The notes below the pieces were generated by a model. It searched no databases. It was not told where the DNA came from and saw only the letters and a list, made by a program, of their open reading frames with translations. Made by a program: the position numbers and the translations under genes. A stretch of 63,962 bases of DNA, counting the filler, from Octopus bimaculoides (lineage: Eukaryota), in NCBI RefSeq assembly GCF_001194135.2. It is 5 parts of 5 records of this genome, joined end to end, with 100 filler letters (N's around TTAATTAATTAA, not from the genome) between each part and the next. Parts side by side here need not be neighbours in the genome. Positions count along the whole stretch, not along the records: positions 28,638 to 59,008 come from NC_068993.1; positions 59,109 to 62,824 come from NC_069007.1; positions 62,925 to 63,962 come from NW_026369411.1; 2 more parts are not named here. The stretch is one strand, 5' to 3'. This document shows, piece after piece, positions 55,370 to 63,962 of this stretch; the stretch's first letter is position 1; each line of letters starts with the position of its first letter.

Positions 55370-56968
55370 ACCAACACAGCACCACACCAAAAGACAGAGA
55401 CAGGAGAACAGACAAAGAAATGGTGAACACAAACAAGCTTCAAGCCCAAGCACATTATGGAAAAAAAAGAAATAGATTATCTGTAAATTCTACCTAAATG
55501 GTACCTGTTGGCACGGGGAAAAGGGAGCAAACTGCAAATTTGCCCATCCCAAACACCACCAGCTAAACAAGCTAGATGACCACCCACAACAAAATAAGTG
55601 GGAGCGCAGAAAAGGGAGAAAAAAAGTTTGAACCTGCATACCCATAATCCACCAAGAACCAACAAGACTGACAAGGAAAGAAGTCCACACATTCCTTCTG
55701 CTCCCAACAGAAGGCTGTATGCAGAGGCTGTGTGAACTGCAGAAGCTGAACAGCAAGCTTTTTTAAGCATGGCCCAGAGAATAGTGCATCAACTAACATG
55801 GATACAGAGGGTACAGATTCAACACCATACAAAACACTATCCAAGACCACCACGGACGATGGATCAAGGATGGCCACCACTAACACCAGGAACCCCTGCA
55901 CAGATATCACACCCATATTCCTACTGAATATCCAGGGCCTATTACGAACAGGCGGCAAAGACAAGTTTCTATACCTGAAAGACTTAGTTACATGCAATCA
56001 AGCAATATGCATGGTGCTTACCGAAACGCATCTAACATCTAATATAGCAGATGTGGAGATAAACATACCAGAGTAAGCCGTACTCCGAACAGACAGAAGG
56101 GATAGAAGTCATGGGAGAGTTGCAATGTACATCCGAGATGTCACAGCCCTACTACTCCTATCACACTCAAACACTGTCTATGATACTTTAATAGTACACA
56201 CAAAACAAATTGATGTAGTTGTATGCTCAACATACCGTCCACCAAATACTGCAAAGCAGGAGGGTAAATTTGAGGATAGCCTCAGACGCATAGAAGAGAT
56301 CTTGACATATCTGGACCAACACATCAATATACTTTTCCTAGGCGACTTTAACCTCACAAATGTTAAATGGCTTGAAGGTCACATCCTCTCTGGGATGTCA
56401 CTGCATGAACAAAGCCAGGCAAAATCTTTGTTAGAACTCTCCAACATGCTGTTCATGGAACAAGTGATACTCCAACCAACCAGAGGAAGCAATATTTTAG
56501 ATCTTGCTTTTAGATCTCACAAACAATGTGAGCCTAATCCATAATGTGAAACTAACACCTACATCTCTTTCAGATCATAACATTATGGAATTAACAATGT
56601 ATGGTCCTAGACAACCCACTGACACCCACCCCATCAGGAGGACTCGAGCCATATCCAACCTGAATTTCCACAGGGTGGACTGGAAGTCAATTTGCAAAGA
56701 GATTCGAAATCAAAACTGACATGACAGCCTTTCTATACAAGACAATGACCTCAAACTAAGTCATTTTATGTCAACCATACAAGACATATGCGCCAAATAT
56801 GTGCCAAAAAGAAAGGCCAGCAAACAAGACAATAGAATTCCCAGAGACAGGAAAATCCTTATGAGACACAGAACAAAGGTCTCAAACTAGTTAAATAGAA
56901 AACTGGAGGATAGGAAAAGGGCTAAATTAAAACTAACACTGTTAGAAATAGAAAACAAAATCAAACTG
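55365..56968 (+). mobile_element. CR1/Jockey-group LINE 5' part: ORF1 C-terminus plus APE endonuclease of ORF2 (stops and frameshifts), 3'-truncated
   Basis: ORF1-like CCCH finger at 55482-55547; ORF2 LLNIQGL, LTETHL, AVLRTDRRDRSHGRVAMYI, STYRPP, LGDFN, QPTRGSNILDL, LSDHNIM, NLNFHRVDW, RIPRDRKILMR. Clade assignment is approximate without an RT domain. Confidence 0.88.
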
Positions 56969-57380
56969 TGAGATGAAGTTAAAGTAATAGATAGAGAACA
57001 CCACTGGAAAATACGAAAACTAAAAGAAGCAGCACATATGTTAGGACACAGCAACCTCCTAAGCAGACCGAGTGCAGATATGAGTAGCATATGGGAACCA
57101 GTATTAAGGAAGGATAGGAAAATATTAGATGGGGAGGTGGTCTCCATTTTTCCATACATGATCAGCTGTACCCAGTTTATCAATATTTCCCCGTGTCATA
57201 GCTTTGCGATGTTCCCCTTCCTTTATTTTGAGGGGGCAAAATGTTTTGCCATTGTATAACCTATGTATTAGTTCTTGCTTAATAGATTCTTACTGAACTT
57301 CATCATTTCTTCGTGGAGGACAAATATCCGTCAAGTGTAAATAATGTACATAATTCCTCATCTCTTAAATATAGAACTGT
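56969..57380 (+). mobile_element. Penelope-like element 3' fragment (GIY-YIG endonuclease C-terminal half plus tail)
   Basis: *DEVKVIDREHHWKIRKLKEAAHMLGHSNLLSRPSADMSSIWEPVL resembles PLE WDxVKIxDRExxWxxRKxKEA; tail GAGGACAAATATCCGTCAAGTGTAAATAATGTACATAATTCCTCATCTCTTAAATATAGAACTG matches 29930-30001. Confidence 0.75.
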
Positions 57381-57456
57381 AAAGGTTTTTTTTATATTTC
57401 ACTGTAGTCGACCAGGGTTGCTAGGTATGTGAATAAGAATACAAGAGTTATGGAAG

Positions 57457-57647
57457 GGAGTAGATAAGATCCAGGCTACATATGTTTCATAGTGCGCAGA
57501 ACCTTGGAAGTGGTGAATATCCAAGCGAGGTGTATACACCGCAGGCTAATCTTCAGGCCAAATGAGGTATACACCTTGCTTGGATATTTACCACTTCTGA
57601 GGTCCCACTCGCTGTGAAACATATGTAGCCCGGATCTTATCTACTCC
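57457..57647. repeat. 191-bp foldback (81-bp arms, 29-nt spacer)
   Basis: Arms 57457-57537 and 57567-57647; 70 of 81 positions identical. Confidence 0.9.
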
Positions 57648-57677
57648 ATTTCTTAAGCATGAGTGTTACTGTAGTCA

Positions 57678-58033
57678 TAGGTGTGATTATATGGTTAAGA
57701 AGCTTACTTCCCAATCACATGGTCTGATGTTCAATCCTACTTGTATGCTTGGCTGACAACAGCCTTGTGCTTGGATTTGGTAGACAAAAACTGGAAGAAG
57801 CATATCGTGTGTGTGTTTGTGTGTATGTATGTGGATGCATACAAGCATGTGTGTTCTTGCTTGATATTACATGACAGTTGTAAATGTACATCATTGTCAT
57901 ACATGTGGTGTTGTTCATTAGAAGTTATACGAAAAACACAGGTGAGGGTCGTTAAAATGAAGGGTAACTAGTTGTAGAAAAATCACCATCTGACCCATGT
58001 AAGTGTGGAAACATGAACAATGGTGATGATGAT
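57678..58033 (+). mobile_element. SINE S1-head variant with RTE-like tail
   Basis: TGGTTAAGAAGCTTACTTCCCAATCACATGG...GGATTTGGTAGAC...CTTGATATTACATGA...GACCCATG...GATGATGAT. Confidence 0.7.
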
Positions 58034-58645
58034 AATATATGCAAACAAATAGAGACAACATAAGATGAAGGGGACCTGATAACCTCTTCAACACTGGTGC
58101 CACAATACAATGCACCCATTGTATAAACTCTGTGAAATGGTTAATGTTAGAAAGAGCATCCAGGCATTAGAAAGCATACCAAAAAAGGAATATATGAATA
58201 AGATGGGTTCTTCTTTTAAATCTAAAATGATAATGATGATGATAATGATGATGATGATGATAACATTTGAATTCTTGTGTGGCTGAACAAATCAGTACAG
58301 CAAGCAAAAACAGAATATTTTGCAGTATTTACACCATGGTCAACAATGTTTATACATACATATATATATATATGTATGTATGTATATTACTCAGGAGAAG
58401 GAGGAGGCAGTGCCAATACCCCTTTACAGAGCTTCCAAGGTGAGTGGGAGTCAGAGAGGAAGGTATCCTCAATGTAGAAACCTGCCCTGAATGCTTGCAG
58501 TAGAGTGGACTCCACTTCACTAAAGTCACTCAAGGCATTAGGCAGAGGTATTCAAATGCAAGAGAAATTGAGTCTATCACTCACAACTTATCTTCCACAC
58601 TCATGAGGTTGATGAAATAGGAATCAGTCTATCATTATAGGGCTT

Positions 58646-58994
58646 ATCATCATCGTTATATTTGTCATCACTTTAATGTTCACTTTTCCATGCTTCCACG
58701 GGTCAAATGGAATTTGCTACCAACCTTCACCTGTTTCTAATCTTGGTAACATTTCTGAATGGCCAGGTTTCCATAGAACATTGAACATGAAGGACACAGT
58801 TGTGTATTTTGGTAACACACACGCAATGTATATATATATATATACAATGGGCTTCTTTCAGTTTCTGTCCACCAACTCCACTCACAAGGGTTTGGTCAAT
58901 CTGACTCCATAGCAGAAAGCACTTGCCCAAGGTGCCATGAACCTAGAATCATATGGTTGATAAATGAACTTACCACACAGTCATTCCTGTGCCT
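58646..58994 (-). mobile_element. SINE S1-head variant with RTE-like tail
   Basis: TTTTCCATGCTT...GGGCTTCTTTCAGTTTCTGTC...CACTTGCCCAAGGTGCC. Confidence 0.8.
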
Positions 58995-59052
58995 ATACCA
59001 CTTATATANNNNNNNNNNNNNNNNNNNNNNNNNNNNNNNNNNNNNNNNNNNN

Positions 59053-59064
59053 TTAATTAATTAA
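59053..59064. other. synthetic six-frame-stop spacer inside a 100-bp gap
   Basis: 44N-TTAATTAATTAA-44N. Confidence 0.95.
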
Positions 59065-59323
59065 NNNNNNNNNNNNNNNNNNNNNNNNNNNNNNNNNNNN
59101 NNNNNNNNTATATATATATATATTCATATACAAATCGAGAAACGGTTATTGAGTACCTTACATGAGAGTGAGTCACCAACAGTTTCCCAACATATATAAA
59201 TTTTACACCATGTTCTTTTCCTCTCGTTTTATATTTGCGCACGTATACGTATCCTTTTCTTCCGGTTATTTCATAATGTGACCATTAATCCTGTCACATT
59301 TTTTTCTCTCCGATTTTTTTCTC

Positions 59324-59384
59324 TCTGTCGAAGTAAAATCTTGTTTTGCAAGATTCCTGATGAGACATCGTGTGTTGAAACAGA
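59324..59384 (+). ncRNA. candidate type III hammerhead ribozyme
   Basis: UCUGU-C-GAA[GUAAAA]UCUUG(UUUUG)CAAGA-UUC-CUGAUGA-GACA(UCGUG)UGUU-GAAA-CAGA: all core nucleotides present, GUC triplet, 5-bp stem III, bulged stem I, 4-bp stem II; predicted cleavage after 59329. Confidence 0.65.
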
Positions 59385-59386
59385 TA

Positions 59387-59764
59387 TTTTTACATTTCAT
59401 GATGGTCACTTTTTTCTTGCCAAATAAACACACGCACTATATATTCATCCTTTACTCGTTTACTATTGTTCTTAGTTTATCTTATATTCATTGTCTGGAA
59501 ATCGATCGTCACACACCTGTTACCTCTTCAGTGACACTTCTGTCCCACGTGACTCCTCCTGTTCTGTTTAGTCCATTTGTGAGAGAATGGACAGAACAGG
59601 AGGCACGTGGGATGGAAGAGTAGCTGAAGAGGTCACACGTGTGTGACGAAAGATTTCCAGACAATGGACATAAGATAAAATAACAACAATAATAAACGAT
59701 TGAAGAACGAATACTAGAGCGTGTGTTTATTTGCCAAGAAAAAAGTGGCCATCCCGAAATAAAA
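59387..59764. mobile_element. ~375-bp foldback element carrying inverted hammerhead cores
   Basis: Left half pairs with right half around a loop at ~59578-59585; flanking direct repeat AAACAGATA (59378-59386 and 59762-59770); CUGAAGA-G-GUCACA(CGUG)UGUGAC-GAAA at 59624-59651. Confidence 0.8.
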
Positions 59765-59766
59765 CA

Positions 59767-59834
59767 GATAGATAGCTAGATAGATAGGTAGGTAGGTGGG
59801 TAGGTAGATAGGTAGGTAAGTAGGTAGGTAGATG

Positions 59835-59901
<67 letters not shown>

Positions 59902-59908
59902 TGATTGA
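59767..59908. repeat. (GATA/GGTA)n microsatellite
   Basis: Direct. Confidence 0.95.
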
Positions 59909-60241
59909 TAGAAAAGATTGCAATCCAAGCTGTGCCCTCTTGAAGCACATCTGCTTATTTCAGTTCTCCAAAGTCGTATGTAGACGTTATATTTTTGAGC
60001 GAGGAATGGAAAAGAGTTGAAAAACATTGGAAAATATCATTTGCAGTGAAATTATATATCAAAACAGAACGAAAAAATTTTTGGTATTATTTATTCACCA
60101 TTCCACAGATAATCTGATTCTCTGCCTGCGGAATTTCTAATAAGAATTATGTTACACGTTTCTCCTATTTCTAACTCCTAATAGCAAATATAACACGTGT
60201 AATGGTGAATAAATAAAACCAGATATTTTTTTCAAATTTCC

Positions 60242-60647
60242 TGTTATAGAATTTGTTTCATACAAAAAGACTCAGATATTCATAATAGAAAATAAGAACG
60301 GTCAAATTTGTAGTCGTCGGTGGCTGGGATAAAAACTAAAAAAAGACGTTAGAAATACATAGATTTTCCCTTACTAATCATATTATAATAATGTGTTCGT
60401 TCTTGGAGTCATGTCTATTTTGAACAAGGCTCTTGTCTTGTTTAAAATAGACATGACTCTTGTATTTTTTTAAAATAGATATGATTCCAAGAACGAATAC
60501 ATTATTACAATATTACTAAGGGGAAAATTTATGTAATTCTAACGTCTTTTTGGGGTTTTTCCCAGCTACCGACGACTACAAATTTGACCGTTCCGATTTT
60601 CTATTATGAATATCTGAGTCTTTTTGTATGAAACAAATTGTATAGCA
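60242..60647. mobile_element. ~405-bp foldback/MITE
   Basis: ~190-bp arms (e.g. GAACGGTCAAATTTGTAGTCGTCGG / CCGACGACTACAAATTTGACCGTTC) with a partly duplicated inner arm. Confidence 0.85.
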
Positions 60648-61899
60648 ACATGAATGATAAAAACTAAAATTCATTTTAACATCTAATCTCCTCCATTACA
60701 CAAATATGAACGAATTTGTTGAACACTGTTTAATAAGTTAAATCATATACTGATTACTTATATATATATATATATATATATATAAGTATTCCCTTTATAC
60801 AAAATTTAACACCCGGGATTTGGCTGCAACAGCGTAAGAATTCAACATCAGTAGATTCGTAATTATCTCTTGCAATGACGGTGTTTATGCAGTATGTTAA
60901 TTATGGTCCTTTATTGCTTCCATAATCTGTTGTCTATCTCCGAGGGGAAATTCTATAAACTAAGAATGTATTATTTATTAATATTTTTCTCCACTCAAGT
61001 TTCACTGCTCATGCGTAGTGAAATACGTTGCAATTGCTCCTTGTTGTAAATGCATAGTGAGTCTACGAGAAAGGATATTTCACGTGTCTGGTCATCGTGA
61101 TGGTTATAATAGTGAAGTTAGCAACTTTCATATTTTCAATCAAATTTATTTATTACTTTTTAACCTGGAAACGTTGATAAAAATTAATTTGGGAACTTCA
61201 TTGTTCCAAATAAACTAGAAAGGTCTGATATGCAGGCGGATACAAAATAAACCCTAAGAAAAAGATTAGATCATACATTTTTGTGTTATATTTTTAGACA
61301 AAATGTTATTTTTTCTCCTCAAATTATTTTGGACCATGAGCATTTCACACGATATGTCTCAAAAATACAAAATGCTAGACTAATTTCAACACAAAACATT
61401 AATAACATGCCTAAATAGCATAAAAAACTCCAGCTATTTTAACTTAAATCTTATTGTCAACAACATCAACAGCAACAGTATGAATATACCTATCGCTTTG
61501 ACTTGCGAGTAAACACAAATAGTAAATTGAATTTTACGTCTTTTTTTCTTTTTTACTCAACAGGAAAGCACACGATATGAAACATGTTGAAGAGAGATTT
61601 AAGGCTTCGCTACACTTTCTGCACCGAACTGGAGTCAACATTCAACAAGTAATCGAAGAGGCCTCTTATAGGAGAAAAAAACGTGCCTCTGTCTCGTGAA
61701 AGACACAACGTTATTTACTAGCATCGAAACAAAAGGTGACAACTTAGGCAGATATTTTAAGGGAAATATCTTTCATTGCGATAGGATGACGTATAGAACT
61801 ATATGCGTTCTTTTTAAAATAGAGATCAGGGTGTGAGCCCTAGCTCAAATAGTATGCAATACACCTGACCACAAGCTACTCCTGCAGTATCTGAGGAGG

Positions 61900-62169
61900 A
61901 AAAACACAAGGGTCATTGTTAAGGACATTGGTAATTATGCCCACTTCTGGTTAATAGTAACCTTCGTGAATCATTATGGATAGAGGATTAGTGTAGATGT
62001 AACATTTGGCGATATGTGGTTGTGTAGGATTACCATGGACATACAAGTCCATAAAATAATACCAGCACTGCATCATGTAGAAGTTGTTAATAATAAGAAC
62101 TTAAAGCTTAGCCAACCCAGCTGTTACATTTGTGGAAGAAAAACCCAAGTAAAATCATTCTGCAAAAAA
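61900..62169 (+). pseudogene. possible LINE ORF1 (gag-like) remnant with degenerate CCHC knuckle
   Basis: One frame with a single stop reads KNTRVIVKDIG...IIPALH...QPSCYICGRKTQVKSFCKK (C-x2-C-x4-Q-x4-C at 62122-62163). Confidence 0.4.
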
Positions 62170-62231
62170 TCCCAATAGACTAACACCTTCCTACTACATT
62201 AGCTGGCCTTGCGTCAAAATTTGAAACATAA

Positions 62232-62441
62232 GGGCATTCAGATGGCCCCCATCGCTAGCCATTCGGACAAAATGCTTAGCAGTCAGTGTTCTTTTCTGGG
62301 TCTTTAGTTTTTGAGTTAAAATTCCATCGAGGTCGACTTTGTCTATCAACCTCTCGAGAACAATAAAATAAGGGTACTGTTCAAGTACTGGGGCTAATGT
62401 AATTACTTAGCCCTTCACTCAAAATTGCTAGCCTTGTGCCA
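62232..62441 (+). mobile_element. SINE family S2, diverged
   Basis: CGGACAAAATGCTTAGC...GAGTTAAAATTCCATCGAGGTCGACTTTG...AAAATTGCTAGCCTTGTGCC is homologous to 37746-37953. Confidence 0.75.
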
Positions 62442-62533
62442 CATCATTGTTATTATCGATTTCAAATCACACCGATCGATACAATAAAGTAACAGTTGAA
62501 TAATGAGTTTTCTTTTCATCTTTCCGTGACCCA

Positions 62534-62567
<34 letters not shown>

Positions 62568-62570
62568 GCT

Positions 62571-62615
<45 letters not shown>

Positions 62616-62868
62616 ATTATTATTTATATATATATATATCTTTTGCGTATTCGTTGAATTTTCACAGAGTTAATTCTATTACCTTTCTCTGGGATCCTGA
62701 CTTCAACCTCCTCATTGTATGGCGAAATTCTCTTAGAATCGACAAAATTAACTCTGTAAAAACTCACCAAATAATGTTAGCGTCTACGCGCGGGCGTGTA
62801 CATACCTGTCTATGTGCATGTATANNNNNNNNNNNNNNNNNNNNNNNNNNNNNNNNNNNNNNNNNNNN

Positions 62869-62880
62869 TTAATTAATTAA
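62869..62880. other. synthetic six-frame-stop spacer inside a 100-bp gap
   Basis: 44N-TTAATTAATTAA-44N. Confidence 0.95.
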
Positions 62881-63631
62881 NNNNNNNNNNNNNNNNNNNN
62901 NNNNNNNNNNNNNNNNNNNNNNNNTATATATATATATACGTAGTGTTTGGTAAAAGGTGAATAACATTTGTACATATTTGAGCATATTAGTTCTTGTTGC
63001 AATGGCCGTGTGTTTGAAGGCTGACAGTGTTTTCCGTGTTAAAAATGTTACAAAATGGCGACACATTGAAACATTCTGTATTGATTCTCCTGATAAATGA
63101 TGCGTGATTCTGCTAATTATTAAATATACACAACTCCATTTTTATACTTCCCTACCATAATCTTGTCAATTCCACAGGTGGAATTTGGAGACGAATAGAA
63201 GCAAATTCGAGATTAGACGCAATATATTTAGGAATTACGATGTTAGTCTTTTCTCCTTTATTTTCTTTGCTAATGTCGAGTTTTCTTTATTATTTATCAG
63301 ATATTTTAGGTGATTTTGTTTTTAATTTTATTAGTGCGTTTTAATATTTGTTATCCAATACGTGAGAAATATCACTTCGATTAGATATTGCACACATAAC
63401 AAATAGCGAATTGTAAGCGAATTTGTAGAAAAAGAATTTTAAAAAAAACATTGAATGACGAAAAACGAATTCACATCAAAAAATTATCAAACGGATATAT
63501 GTCTGTTTAAAGAACATTTATAGTTTTCATGTATTTGTTTGTCTACAAGCGTACATATATTAGTTTCTCTCCACATTTTTCTTTATATATAAGTATATGT
63601 ATGTACGTCTATTCATATATAAGTATATGTA

Positions 63632-63689
<58 letters not shown>

Positions 63690-63715
63690 NNNNNNNNNNN
63701 AGTATATTTTGTATG

Positions 63716-63764
<49 letters not shown>

Positions 63765-63962
63765 ATGTGTGTATATATATATGTATGTGTGCGTATGTAT
63801 ATATATATATATATACATGCATACATAAGTATGTATATATGCATGCATATTACATTATTTGTATAAAGTGTATGTATATACATATATATTATAATATTTA
63901 TATATAAATTTGTATATATATATATTCTCTATGGGTTTTTATTATTTTTGTTACTTCCTAGA

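Overview
AT-rich, microsatellite-dense animal genomic DNA with many N-gaps. The repeat spectrum suggests a coleoid cephalopod (Octopus-like) draft assembly; this is inference from repeat families, not a database hit. No host protein-coding gene is recognisable, and nearly all long ORFs in the track are artefacts of N-runs or microsatellites. The window is a transposon graveyard: two internally deleted mariner elements, a pogo/Passer (POGK-like) element, decayed hAT transposases, RTE LINE fragments in both orientations, a CR1/Jockey-group LINE 5' part with a CCCH finger in ORF1, Penelope-like (PLE) fragments, several tRNA-derived SINE families and foldback elements. The most interesting signal is a set of hammerhead-ribozyme motifs in otherwise unrelated short repeats. 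These include an apparently complete type III hammerhead at 59324-59384 abutting a 375-bp foldback that itself carries inverted hammerhead cores, and minimal type I PLE-style motifs with palindromic helix III at 29.2, 29.9 and 36.4 kb. A strongly CpG-depleted block (~50.5-59 kb) hints at a methylated gene body whose exons lie mostly outside the readable sequence. All alignments and folds were done by eye; nothing was searched or computed.
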